DNA from: the human T2T-CHM13v2.0 reference genome, Homo sapiens
Assembly: GCF_009914755.1 (NCBI RefSeq)
Contig: NC_060935.1
DNA length: 64,000 nt
Reading direction: 5' to 3' (one strand)
In this document: piece after piece, positions 32,643 to 49,061 of the stretch
How the letters are laid out: the number at the start of each line of letters is the position of its first letter
Position numbering within the stretch: the stretch's first letter is position 1
Notes under the pieces: model-generated
The model's input: the letters and a program-made list of their open reading frames with translations, nothing else
What the model was told of the DNA's origin: nothing
Databases searched by the model: none
Program-made: the position numbers and the translations under genes

Positions 32643-35600
32643 GTGCCTTCAGATGGTGGGCTTAGGGAAAACAGATGGTGGTTTCAAACCTGAGCCCCTA
32701 CATCAGTGGTCACCGTGGCAGACTCCAGGATGTGGATATGGATTTATAATAGGGCTGCAGCTTCCTGTGTGGGTTCCATGGGATATGCTCCAGAGTGAGG
32801 CACAGTGGGGATCTTCTTACTGATTGACAATGGCTTGTGATTCTCCCAAGTGATGCAAGGTAAGCCAGCTTATTTAAAATAACCAGGATGTCTAATTCAC
32901 ATTTTTAGGAGGAAGGGAAGTAACACTGAAGGCTGTTTCCCATTGCATCAAAGGCAAAATCCAAACTGTAGTCGTTTGTGAATGGAATCCCTGCCTGTCT
33001 CCAGCCTCACACTCACTCGAGGTGTGCCTGCCTGCAGTGCTGCACTGCTCCCTTCAGCCTTCGTGCAGGGTCATCCAGGGCAGGGCAGCTTCATCCATTC
33101 TGTTTGTGACATTGTGTAACACGACCCAGTACGGCCATCAGTTAAATGTGTTTGCTGTCGTGGTAGCTCTTCTTGATGTACTAAACTCCTTGATTCAAGA
33201 TGGGCTGTTCCTCACACATCTTTGGGACCCCAGCTTTGCTTTGCTTGGGACATGTGATTCTGACCCAGTACCCCAGACCTGAAGGCCCCTCTATGTGTCA
33301 GTCCTGAAAGGATTCGCTGTTTTCTTAGCCTCATGGTCTCTCCTAAGCAGGAGGCATTGCTTTACCTAGAGCAGATTATTGAGCTGGAAAAGACAGTTAA
33401 TAGGTAAATTGATCACCAGCTGAGTCCAGGATAGTCAGCTCAATGAAACATTAAAATTTTAAACACCTGCATTCAGAGTTGTTTCTCTAACATTCCAAGT
33501 GCTTCAGGTCAGGGGAGGAAAGAGGAGTTATTTTAGCTTAAATTATGCTTATCCTCTGAGGGGCACAGCTATTACTATATGGTTTCCCTGAACTTGGGCT
33601 CATTTTGGATTTTGCTGAATGGTTTACACATTTTTCCCTTATTAGTGAATACCAGAATCTCAGATTTGCAAAGGATTCTTTAATAAGGCTGTTCGTTCTC
33701 AGCCATTTGCTTTCATATTTGAGTTGTTTTTCTTTCCACACATTGAATAATGCTCCACTCCGGATCTGAGGTGTCTGCCTAGAGTGTTGCTTTCATAAAC
33801 ATGGTGAGGAAAGACAAGAAGAAGCAGACCCAATCTGTGGAAACTAGCCTGGTTGATAATTCAGGTGGTGGGCACCAGGAAACAGGCATGTGGTTTTTCC
33901 TTTGGGTACCCTCCAGCCGAGTAGGGCCCGGGCTCCTAGATGGGACAGTGCTGCATTAGAGTTTGGTCACAGGCTTGACTAGGTGGAAGAGCTTTCTGAG
34001 AGTTGTGTGCAAAAAAACACTTAGCTGCCGTTCCATATTTGCTTGCTTGATCCCCTTGGCTGCTTTGGGACTCATCCAACCTATGACCTCTCTGAACTTG
34101 GAAAATGAAGTTGCAGTTTTGGCCACAGGATATTTATTGATGGTGGAAGGGTGTGGAAGTCTCTGAGTTGCAGTTGTGTTGTAGTATGATAGAGTTTTCC
34201 TTCCTGAGGTTGACCATGGCTTAGTCCTTGCTATACAGGGTAGTGTGAGGATTGGATTTCTCAGGTTAGCGGAGCTTTAGACGAGCGTTGAGACTGTCTG
34301 TCTCAGAGCCTCTGATCCATTTGTTTTAGGTTGTTGGAGTTTATTTGCCTCTTCTGAAGACATTGGGAGAAGCCAAGTTAAAATCGAGTTAGGTTAGTTC
34401 CTAGGTACCATACTTGAAAGAGAATTTATAAGATATACTGAGCCTTGTTGCTCCGTGTTGAGAGATGTGGTGGTTGATGTACCTGGGACAAGGTTGTTGA
34501 GCCAGTGGCATTCTCCTGGGGAGGGCTCTCCTGGTCTCCCGATTTCAGCCAGGCTCACAACTATTCTACTGGATATATCCTCTTCCCTTTAATTGGCCAA
34601 TTGTTTATCAATGCGGAGCATCATCAAGAATGTTAGAGAAGGCCTGATGTCTCTTTGCTAGAAATATCTAAACCGGCTGTTTAAGTGTTCTTGTCTTTAA
34701 AATAACAATGTGATGGAAATTATTTAAAAATGAAGCCTTTTAATTGAGCCTTAATCTCCAGAGAAGTATTTTTATGAGATTTATAATGTGTTTAGTAGCT
34801 CTCTAATGAGTTCATCAGTTTGCATAATGCTGATTATCCAGGCAATTCAAAGTAATTTACAGCTATATCTTCATTACTATGTGGTAGATATTATCCCCAT
34901 TTTATTGCTGGGGAAATTGAGGCTTCATATAGTGAAATAAATGACCCATGGACAGTCAAACCACAGAAAAGAATTACTGTGCTGGCATTTTCCCCTTCCT
35001 TGATACCATTGGCTTTATTGGGATGGGCGTTATACGGCTTATTGGCTCCTGTTAGGGAACCGATCCACTGGTAGATTAGTTAGTTGGTTTGAGTTACTCC
35101 TTTTGAAAATGAGGTTTCTGTTTCTGTTTATATATATAAAATGGAAATTCTAGTTCATTTAGCTCCCCTACTGTGAAGGTTAATGAGTGTATGTGAACTT
35201 TGTTAAAGTTTGGGAGAATGACACTATGAGAAATATTATTTTATTAATGAGAAACTTGGATTCTGCTCCTGGGCCTTGTGAAAGTATTTTCTGGTTTTCC
35301 AAATGCGAACAGGTGCTGATAAATCCTTTTCTACTCACTCCCTGCCCAACCCAGCTGAAGACTTCTTTTATAATATTCTCCCCGCTAGCCAGATGTTTTG
35401 AAATAGCAAAATTATTAAATAATAATTTGTATTGTTAAAACATGAATGAAATACAGATATAGCTATGAGAGTTTCTACTTAGAGGTCGTTCTTGTTGCCT
35501 TGCAGATGTGTTTTGATTTCAGCCAAGAACAAAGATATTTGATATGTCAATTGCCCAGTGTTTAGGAAAAAGGATAATTTTGGTTACTGCTTTTGAACTA

Positions 35601-35959
35601 GTGGTGGGAACCTTGGAAATCCCCCACAGTCTGGGGACCCCAGTTTAGAAGCTATTATTGGGGACCCTCGGGCCACTGCTGACCCCAGGGGAGGCAAGAC
35701 TTCCTCGTTTGGATTTTGGTTTTCAGATTGGTTGGGGGAAATCTCACATACGGGAAGAAGAAGAAAAACAAATATAAGTAAGTTTCCCTTTGGGGCCATG
35801 GTCCACTTACAGCTGTGACTTGGACCTTTCACTTCTATTTCCTAAATGCTCACGTCATTAGGCCATACTTTTGGGAAACGTGAGGGCAGTGGGCAGCGGG
35901 CGGGGGTTGGGGGTGGGGGGGCTGAGTCAGAGGGAGGGAGGGTTTTGTGGTGACAACCA

Positions 35960-36130
35960 GAACTCTGCAGGCAGAGTAACTTGGGACTATAACTTTGCTG
36001 TCTGTTTCTCAGCTATGTGACCTTGGCCATGTCACTTAACCTTCCTGGTCTCAGTGTCTTCATTTGCAAAATGGAGGCAATAACGACCTCAGTGGGTGGC
36101 TGTGGGGATTAAGTGGGTTAAGGTTTGTGA
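35960..36130 (+). mobile_element. MIR
   Basis: agctatgtgaccttgg..gtcacttaacc..tctcagt..catttgcaaaatgg. Confidence 0.75.
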
Positions 36131-36756
36131 AAAACAAACAAGAACAATGGGGGTGTCCTTGGCTGTTAGTATTAAGAACAGAAAAATAACTCATGAATAT
36201 CTCAGATTCTGATAGCTGGTGCACACGCTGATGAAAAGATTTGTTTTCAGATCCTCAGATTTTTTTAGGAGTACACTTCTTTAATGTTCATTTAGATGGT
36301 CCTGATGCTGTGACCTTCTCTTTCTCTTTAGAAAAGGAAGTCGATTTCAGTAGGGCCTTCTCCTTGCCTGCAGTTTGCCAAAGTCGCATTGGCAGGATAG
36401 ACTTGGAAATGCAAGGGTGCTTGGCATCTCCCATCAAGTTGGCATTTCCCTGGCTTTAGCTTTCGACAGGAACCAGCTGTAGCCCTGCTCAGCACAGGCT
36501 GAGAACACACTGTGGGGGTGAGCGTTTGGGTGCTTGAGGCATGCTTTTGTTGCATGTTAGAAAAGCTGTATTTTCTGCTTTTGGTTCTTCCACTGAAAAC
36601 TAAAGGACGATTCCTTCTTACTTGGCCGTGTAGCCTGGGAGTCGGAGCTCTTTGGGCCTTCCATCACCAGTGTTGTTTCCTCGGCTGTTCTGGGTTGCAG
36701 CAGTTAGTCCTACGTTCAGGGCCAAGTTGTGTGCCTGCACTCAGGAACAGGCACTA

Positions 36757-37240
36757 TATTATTAAATAGTTTTCTGGAGTGGGTGTAACAAAGTAGCAAG
36801 ACCGAGTGGCTTAAACAACAGAAATTTATTGTCTCACAGTTCTGGAGGCCAGAAGTTCTACATCAAAGTGTCTGCAGGGTTTGTTCCATTTGCAGGTGGT
36901 GAGGGAGAATCTGTTCCGTGCCTTTCCCTAGCTCCCCGTGGCTTTCTGGCACTCTTTGTCGTTCCTTGGGCAGCATTCCCTTGGTCTCTGCCTTCGTCGT
37001 GACATTATGTTCTCTGTGTGTCTCCACATCACTCTCTCTCTGTACAGGTCTGTCTCTGTGTACAAATATCCCCTCTTTATGAGGACGCCAGTCATGTTGG
37101 ATTAGGACCCACCTTAATGACCCCATTTTAACTCGATCACTTCTGTAAAGATCCTGTCTCCAAATATGGCCACATTCTGAGTTAACTGGAGGTTAGGACT
37201 CCGGCATACTGTTTTTGGGGGACACATTTCAACCCATAAC
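36757..37240 (-). mobile_element. MLT1C-like MaLR solo LTR
   Basis: ggcttaaacaacagaaatttattgtctcacagttctggaggccagaag..tcaacccataac. Confidence 0.88.
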
Positions 37241-37455
37241 TAATATGTGCTAATTTGCACAAAGTAGCCTACTCATGAAGCCATGGACTTACTGTGCATG
37301 CCCAGAAGGTGTGCCTTTTAAAAATCCACTCAAGGGCATGTCTGGGTAGCTGCCACTTGCCCCACAGTCTGTCATCCCCCTTCCTCTCTTCCCATGCATG
37401 TTGTTGTGCAGCTTGAAGACAGCTCAGCTCTCTCTAAGGTGGCCTTTTCTTCTGA

Positions 37456-37899
<444 letters not shown>

Positions 37900-37979
37900 T
37901 GAGCCTTATTTCCTTACCTCCGTCATACACACATTGAAGATAAGGATCATATATCAACCCTATATTGGGTGTATAGATT

Positions 37980-38095
37980 AAATAAAAGATACCATCAAAA
38001 TTAATTTTACCTGTTCCTTTTTACCTGTTTGTAATGTGGCTACTAGAAACATTTTAATTACATATGTGGCTTGCATTATATTTCTGGTCACTGCT
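37980..38095 (+). mobile_element. MER33/MER3-type hAT fragment
   Basis: taatgtggctactagaaa..ttacatatgtggcttgcattatatttct. Confidence 0.7.
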
Positions 38096-38227
38096 CTCTC
38101 CCCGTATCCATATAACAAACCGCATGGACCTGTTTGGGCTATGAGGCTAGATTGAAGGTTTGGAAGGAGGTTGGCATGCAGTGCTCTCACTGGCTGGCTT
38201 ACCGTTCAGATGGCAACACCTAGACCC

Positions 38228-38690
<463 letters not shown>

Positions 38691-39323
38691 AGTTTGCTAA
38701 TGATGAAGGATTTTTTCTGCTTGTTGAGAAATCTGATGTCTTCTTGGTGCTCATTAAGTACTTGTTGAAATAGATTGCTCCATTTTTGGGAAAACAGCAT
38801 GACATACTGATTTACCTAGAGATTTTGGGTTCCCAGCAAACATTTTAGAAAGGGCCCTCACACTACTAATTGCAAAATAAACATCTTCAGCCTCATGTGC
38901 AGCTGACTTATTTGGCCAGTGTTTATGTTTATGGGGAAGAGAAGGAACATTTGTTGACCGCCCACAATGCATTAGGCATTTTTTTTTTCATAATTACTTC
39001 TGTTAATCCTCATGCTAGGCCTGTGAAGTGGTTTATTGCCCTGGTTTATAGAGAAGGGATCTGGGTCTCAGAGAGGTCAACTGATTTGTCCAAGGACAGA
39101 CAGATGGAGAGCTGGGAGTCCCACAGTCTAAGCCACTTTCAGCAGCAAGTGACTTTTCAGCAAGGAAATCTTTACATCAAAGCTAATGTGTGAAACAGGT
39201 CATCTGTACCGCTTTGGTTAGATGGGAGTCGGGTGGGGTGAGCTCTTTGGTTCTGTGTCCCTTCACCAAGATTCTCACCAAGCAGGCTCTGGGGCTGCAG
39301 AGCACATTTAAACTTCATTGTTC

Positions 39324-39925
<602 letters not shown>

Positions 39926-40237
39926 ATTATTGTTCTTGACTTGGTGCTTCCTGTACCCTTCCACTGTCTGGTTCTGTGGATTCCCTATTGCATGTCTCTC
40001 TTGGAGTTAGTAAATCTCTAGCATTTTGAGCTTTTCCTTTTAGACAAGTTAGGAAATGGAGTAGACTCGGGGAGAGGATATTTTTGCAGATTCCGTAAGG
40101 TGGTCTTGCTGAGATGGTGGGACTCTCTGGCCATTGGGATGGTAGGCTGAAACTCTGCCCTGGAGCCTTTTAGTACCTGGGCTCTAGTCAGTCTCTTGGT
40201 CCCTGAGGGAGGCAAATGTGGGAGATACTTTGGTGAA

Positions 40238-40609
40238 TTATATGGTTTGGCTGTGTCCCCACCTAAATCTCATCTTGAATTGTAGCTCCCATAATCCCTA
40301 CGTGTTGTGGGAGGGATCTGGTGGGAGGTAACTGAATCACGGGGGCAGGTTTTTCCAATGCCATTCTCGTGATAGTGAATAATAAGTCTCACAAGATCTG
40401 ATGGTTTTATAAAGAGCAGTTCCCCTACACAGGCTCTCTTGCCTGCCACCATGTAAGATGTGCCTTTGCTCCTCCTTCACCTTCCGCCATGACTGTGAGG
40501 CCTCCCCAGCCATGTGGAACTGTGAGTCCATTAAGCCTTTTTTTTTTTTTAAATAAATTACCCAGTCTCGGGTATGTCTTTATTAGCACCGTGAGAACAG
40601 ACTAATACA
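40238..40609 (+). mobile_element. THE1B-like solo LTR
   Basis: atatggtttggctgtgtcccca...gactaataca; 5-bp flanks gtgaa / gtgga. Confidence 0.93.
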
Positions 40610-41166
40610 GTGGAGTTCAATTTATGGTGTGTGGAAGGTGCAAAATCTAGGCTGGGTTGTGCCCAAGGAGAGGGCAGGAGACAGTACCCTGAGGCCAGTC
40701 TGGACAGATGAGTATTTGACGAGAGACTTATGTTGATGACTTTTTGTGAGAATGCTGCCGTTGTTCATGAGAGACATTCATATCCCAAGCATTTGTTGGA
40801 TCCAGGAAGATCCAGATCCATCTAGGTTAGGGGCCACAAAAATAAGACAAAAATCTCTGCATAAAGGGCCATTGGGATTGCAACTGGACAGTGGCTGATT
40901 ATCTCTAGGAAGAGGCTGAATTCTGAAAACATTTTGTATATGCAATGCCCCGGATTGGTTAAAGGAGAGATAATTTATTTCGTTTTATTTTTGTGTCTCT
41001 TTGATATAGAAGAAAAGAAATGTGAACAGAACTTGTACAATATATGGTAAATTCTCTCTACCAGAATATTGTTGATGTTCAGGCTCCAAGAATTAATGTG
41101 GTTTTATCTTGGAATTTAACCTGTTATTTATTGTGATATGCTTATGTAAGGACATGTGTTAGATAA

Positions 41167-41515
41167 TGTGTTAGTCAGGGTAGGAGAGGTCTGTGCTGTG
41201 GTAACAAACTTCCTGGAAAGTTTAACACATAGAAGCCTATTTTTCACACAAAAGCCCCTGCAGATTGGATGGCAGTAGTGGGCGAGGGCTCTACCTGTCT
41301 TGGTCACTTTCTCCTGGCTGATTGAGACTCCACCGTCTGCAACATTGCCACAGCAGGAGAAGAGATTGCAGGACCTGTTGTTGCCAGCTCCTCTGTTCAC
41401 CCTAAAAGTGATACATGTCCCCTTTCTGCACATTCCATTGACCCAAACTAGTCACGTGGCCCTGCCTAACCTGGGAAATGGGAGGACTGTCAGATGAGTA
41501 TCACTCTCTGCCACA
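41167..41515 (-). mobile_element. Old MLT1I/J-like LTR
   Basis: tgtgttagtcagggtagg..gctgtggtaacaaac..cacattccattg..actagtcacgtggcc..ctctgccaca. Confidence 0.7.
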
Positions 41516-42634
41516 GATGATGCAGAGCACACCTTTTGGTAATTAGTTCATTGAATCTGAGTAAAAGCTCAGGCATGAGTAGTGTTGGGCCCATTTACTA
41601 GAGAAAATGAAGACTTGAGCTCTTCAAAGTCAAGGGCTGTATCTCTAGATCTCTCACACCGGGCTGTCTGCCTCACACTTTTCTCAGCACTCAGCAAAGG
41701 TTAGTTGAGTTGAATGAATGAGGCATTTAAAATCTGTTTGAGTATTCGTCTCATTCACGGGGCTGCTTCACTTAGAATTTTGCTAATGTAGTTGTCTGCC
41801 TAAAGAGAATATTCATGCCTCCTGTGGTGGAGGTGGGTCAAGTACCAGCTATGACACATTTGTATATCTTGTTATGACACATTTGTATATCTTGCTGGCA
41901 AGAAACTACTGAAGTCTGCATATTTTTAGGGATCATCTTTTTAAAGAATAATTTCAACTTTTGTTTTAGATACAGGGGATACCTGTGCAGGTTTGTAACA
42001 TGAGGGTATTGCAAGATGCTAGGGTTTGGGGCATGATTGATCCCATCACCCAGGTAGTGAGCTTAGTACCCAATACTTAGTTTTTCAGCCCTTGCCCTGC
42101 TCCCTTCCTCCTCTGTCTAGCAGTCTCCAGTGTCTGTTGTTGCCATGTTTATGTCCATGAATACCCAATATTTAGCTCTCACTTATAAATGAGAACATAC
42201 GGTATTTGGTTTTCTGTTCCTGCATGAATTCACTTAGGATAATGGCCACCAGCTGCATCCATGTTGCTGCAGAGGACAAGATTTTGTTATTTTTATGGCT
42301 GTGTATGTAGTAGTCCATGGTGTATATGTACCATATTTTCTTTATCCCATCCATTGTTGATGGGCACCTAGTTTGATTCCATGTCTTTGCTATTGTGAAT
42401 GGTGCTACGTTGAACATACGAGTGCATGTGTCTTTTTGGTGGAATGATCTATTTTCTTTTATATATATACCTGGTAATGAGATTGCTGGGTCAGTCAAAT
42501 GGTAATTTTGTTTTAAGCTCTTTGAGAAATCTCCAAACTGCTTTTCACAGTGGCTGAACTAGTTTACATTCCCATCAACTGTGTATAAGCGTTCCGTTTG
42601 CTCCACAGCCTCACCAGCATCTGTTGTTTTTTGA

Positions 42635-43066
<432 letters not shown>

Positions 43067-43260
43067 TGAGAAGTGGCTGTTCGTGTCTTTTGCCCACTTT
43101 TTAATGAGGTTATTTGATTTTTGCTTTTCGAATTAAGTTCCTTATGGATTCTGGATATTAGACATTTGTGGGATGCATAGTTTGTGAATATTTTCTCTCA
43201 TTCTATAGGTTGTTTACTCTGTTGATAGTTTCTTTTGCTATGTAGAAGCTCCTTAGTTAA

Positions 43261-43576
<316 letters not shown>

Positions 43577-44877
43577 AGGTCCCACTTGTCAATTTTTGTT
43601 TTTGTTGCAGTTGCTTTTGAGGACTTAGCTATAAATTCTTTGCCAAGACTGATGTCCAGAATAGTATTTCCTACGTTTTCTTCTGGGAGTCTTATAGTTT
43701 GTGGTCTTATATTTAAATCTCTATCTTGAGTTAATTTTTGTATATAGTGAAAGATGGGTGTTCAATTTCATTCTTCTGCTTATAGCTAGCCAGATATCCC
43801 AGCACCGTTTACTGAATAGGAAGTCCTTTCCCCATTGTTTATTTTTGTCGACTTTGTAAAAGATCAGATGGCTGTAGGTGTGCAGGTTTATTTCTGGGTT
43901 CTCTCTTCTGTTCCATTGGTTTATGTGTCTGTCTTTGTACCATTACCATGCTGTTTTGGTTCGTGTAGCCCTATAGTATAGTTTGAAGTCCAGTAATGTG
44001 ATGCCTGCACCTTTGTTCTTTTTGCTTAGGATTGCTCTGGCTCTTTGGGCTCTTTTTTGGTTCCATATGAATTTTAGAATTACTTTTCTCTAATTCTGTG
44101 GGAAATGACATTGGTAGTTTGATAGGATTAGCATTGAATCTGTAGATTGCTTTCGGCAGTATGGCCATTTTAACAATGTTGATTATTCTAATCCATGAGC
44201 ATGGAAGGTTTTGTTTGTTTGTTTGTGTCTATGATATCTTTCAGCAGTGTTTTGTAATTCTCCTTATAGAGATCTTTCACCTGCTTAGTTATATGTATTC
44301 CTAACCAAGGAATATATCTTGGTTAGGTATGTATTTTATTTGTTAATTTTTTGTGGCTATTATAAATGGGATTGTGTTCTTGATTTGACTCTCAGCTAGA
44401 ATGTTATTGGTGGGTAGAAATGCTACTGATTTTTGTACATTGATTTTGTATCCCAAAACTTTACTGAAGTTGTTTATCAGTTCTGGGAGCCTTTTGTTGG
44501 AGTCTTTAGGGTTCTCTAGGTATAGAATCATATTGTCAGTGAAGAGAGATGGCTTGACATCTTCTTTTCCTATTTGGATGCCCTTCCTTTCTTTCTCTTG
44601 CCTGATTGCTCTGCTAAGACTTCCAGGGATCATCTGAAAACCTCATAGGAAAACCACTCTACAGACACAATGGCAATATTTGGTGCCTCTTAGCTAGTAG
44701 TTTGGGCTTGGGGTTTACTTAGAGTTATACAGCCTAGGGGCCTGATTCCTCCATTTGTTCTCTATGTGATTTTGACATTATGTTGAGTCTCAGTTTTTCC
44801 ATCACCTATAAAGGCATGGGGGGTGGTTTGAAAATGCCCAGCTCTCAGGGTTGCCGTAAGGATTTTATTTATAGTAA

Positions 44878-45633
<756 letters not shown>

Positions 45634-46557
45634 ATGGCAAAGTCCTAACACAGTATCCACACATAGGTGGCCTTCAGTAAATAATAGTTTCCATTGTTCT
45701 GCTGTTGTAGAGTGTTTGGCAGTGCCTATATGGAACTTTCTAACTGAATTCTGCGGTCTTTTCAGACCTTGGAGGCTATCGTATCAATAAAACCAGAGCA
45801 TTTTCTGTTGTTTGGTAATGCACAGCTTCTGTTTGCAGCATGATGCTCTTCTAGGTTGCGTATAAGAGCCCCCATGCATCTCAATTACAGAATATGTTAG
45901 GCATTTGGATTTTGTCTAACTTAGCCTAGTACTGTTGTGGGTTCCTTCGGGCACTTTTGTCTTGCTTAACAATGCAAACTAGAAACTGCACACAAATGGT
46001 TACCCAAAATGAGTCCTGTTATTATTGCTTCTTTTACCCCTGGGGCCCCAAACTGCAGAAGGCTTATTCACTGCAAGACTCTAAATGTCTTACCTCCATA
46101 TATTACATTCCGTATTATGCCGGAACATGGTGAAATTAATTGCGGCCAGCCAGGGAAGACAGAAAAAAACCTATAATGGTTTATCATATTTTTTAGGCTT
46201 TGTGAGGGCCATAAATTTAAGGCATATAGGAATTGTATTTATTCCTTAGATTTCACAAATTTGTCATGTTCCTTTTCTCCAATGGCGACAGCTTCTTCCA
46301 ACAACTGGGTCTCTGTTGCTGAAGTAGAAAATAGAAAAGGGAGTGGGCACGGGGATGTTCCTAGTGTCACAGATCTCTGCAGAGCTCTCCCTCGTAAGCT
46401 TCTTTGGTTACATGGCTGTTAATAGCTAAATTATTAATGCAGGTTTGCTGGTGGAGGGAGCTGCTTTTGACCATTGCCTCTCTTCTTACATCAGCTTTTC
46501 GATAGCTACAATTGTAGGAGTCACATTGCATGCAGAGCAGTTCATAAATTGAATGGT

Positions 46558-46561
<4 letters not shown>

Positions 46562-46598
<37 letters not shown>
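46562..46598. repeat. (TG)n microsatellite
   Basis: Pure TG run. Confidence 0.97.
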
Positions 46599-46600
<2 letters not shown>

Positions 46601-47059
46601 CAGGGGAGGCTCAGAGTTTTGGCCTCTGGCTGTATGGCTGTATGCTTGTGAGTATCCTTTGTCTGAAACCTGATGATGCAGGAATTTACATCTTGGAATG
46701 GGAGTTGGTTTAAACAAGGAAATTTATTCATCACTGAATTCTCCTGAGAGTTCAGCAGCTCCTGTGAGCATGGAAGTGCCCCCGTCTCAATCTTTTTGGA
46801 CAATGAAGATGCATATTCCAAAGGTTAGATTTCTCTGAAATGACTGGTTTTTCAAGATAGTAGGAAAGCAGTATTGGCCACAGAGATCCAGGTGGCTGCA
46901 TGAACAAGAATGCAACCTTGATTTTATGGTCTTTATTTCGTTTTCCAAAGTCAAGGTCCATGAGTTGATTAAAAATATCACAAAGTGATTTAACTATTCC
47001 TCAGTAATCTTGTAGCCTATTGCCATCAAACTTTGTTGACAGTGACTTATGGAAACACA

Positions 47060-47575
47060 TTGGTATGTCCACACACAAATTTGTGTGCTGGTGGTTCATA
47101 GCAGCATTCATAATAGCCTGAAAGTGGCAACAACCCACATGTTCCCCAGTGGATGAATGGATAAATAAAATGTAGTGTATCTATACAATGGGATATTATT
47201 CAGCCATACAAAGGAACAAAGTTCTGATACATGCTACAGTATGATTGAACCTTGGAAATATTATGCTAAATGAAAAGAAGCCAGTTACAAAAGACCACAT
47301 ATTGTATCATTCAATTTATAGGAAATGTCCAGAATAGGCAAATACATGGAGATAGAAAGTAGATAGGTGGTTGCCTAGGGCTGAGTGGGGGTTTGGGAGG
47401 AAATAGGGCATGGCTGCTAATGGGCATGGGGTTTCCTTTTGGGGTGATGAAATGTTCTAAAATTGATTGTGGTGATGGTTGCACAACTCTGCATATACCA
47501 AAAGCCATAGCATTGTATACTTTCAATGGGTAAATTGTATAGTGTGTGAGTTTTATCTCTTAGTCATGCTGTTAA
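47060..47575 (+). mobile_element. L1MB-type 3' end
   Basis: ggatgaatggataaataaaatg..gaaccttggaaatattatgctaaatgaaaagaagccag..gtggtgatggttgcacaactc. Confidence 0.88.
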
Positions 47576-48825
47576 AGATCACATTTACATTGCAAACAAG
47601 AACATTTATATAAAGGTGAATCAAAACATACCCTTCATATCTGATATATTCTAATTTATTCCAGTCTTTTCCATTTTTTTCTTTAAAAGTGTCTGGACAT
47701 GAGCCATGATACTGAATCCATAATCCACACTTTTATGGATTCCTTTCCATTTTACAGATTTAAAAAATGGCGTCCCAGTGCTTAAGAAGTGAGTACAGGG
47801 TTACACAATTTATAAATGACTGAGTTGAGACTTCAGACTGGGTCTTTCTTCTGACTCCCATTTCACTGTGCTAGCTAAGAGGTTGGGTAGTGTTTAAAAA
47901 CAAGTTAAAAGATTGAGCAAATTTGGGGGTAAACAAAAAAGTACCAGCAAGGAATAGCCTCCTTATAAATACCTTCACCTATAGTGTGAATTGCTTAGGG
48001 AAGCTCAGGGCACAGAGAAGGGCTGGCTGCACATTTTTGCATTGAGCATAGTGTCTGACACCCTGTGCATTGCCCTGGCTGAGCGAGGAGGCTCCATTTG
48101 TTTATTTTTCAAGCATAGATGCTATTTTCTCAGGACTGTAGAGTAAAAACATTAGAAATTTCTAGCTGCCTGCCACTTAGGGCTTGCTGGCTTCTAGCCC
48201 TTCTGCTGAAAGTCAAATTTAAGATAGGGGATCATAGAAAATGAAGAAAAGACATACAAGTCATTAGGGAGAAAAGAGGAGCTGGTGTTCTCTTGCAGCT
48301 CTGGAATCAGTATCAGATAATTGTGCCCTGACTGCGCAGTCCTGGCCAGAGATACAAAAAAAAAAAAAAAAAGAATTTTTACTGGAGTAAATGAGGAGTA
48401 GGGAGTGAGGTACCAGAAAAGTCTTGGGTTAGCCCAGATGAGTGGTATATTTTTAATAGGGAGAGGATTCATGAGCTGATTCAGACGTGTGGCCCCTTCC
48501 AGTGTCTGTGAGAGGCCATTTCATAAGCAGGTCTGTTTTTTTTCCACCAAGTTTTGCTTAAGATTTGGAAAGAACACTCTACCTCCTTAGTTAATTATGT
48601 GCATAAATATTTGCTTCTCCAGGAAGGACGTTTTCCCACGTTATTTTAAAGGACTCACATAGATTTAAAGGTTTTCTTTTCTCCCACCCCTAAGGAATTC
48701 AGTGTTGGTAAATGGTGCCCATCTCAGGAACAGAGAAGCTTCTGATTAGTTAGGAGTCCAGCTGTGGATATAGGAGCAGAGATGGGAGGAAGAACAGTCC
48801 TGTACTTCAGCAGGGTTCCGGGAGC

Positions 48826-49030
48826 CTACCATACCTCAGAGATACCATGGGTTCAGTTCCAGACCACCACAATAAAGTGAGTCACATGAACTTTTTGGTT
48901 TCCTAGTATATATAAAAGTGATCAGGAGGCTGAGGCAGGAGAATGGCATGAACCCAGGAGGCAGAGCTTGCAGTGAGCCGAGATAGTGCCACTGCACTCC
49001 AGCCTGGGGGACAGAGAGAGACTTTGTCTC

Positions 49031-49061
<31 letters not shown>

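Noticed and set aside
46367-46821. Overlapping ORFs with THTHTH/CVCVCV runs
   Set aside because: Produced by the (TG)n microsatellite; no homology recognised
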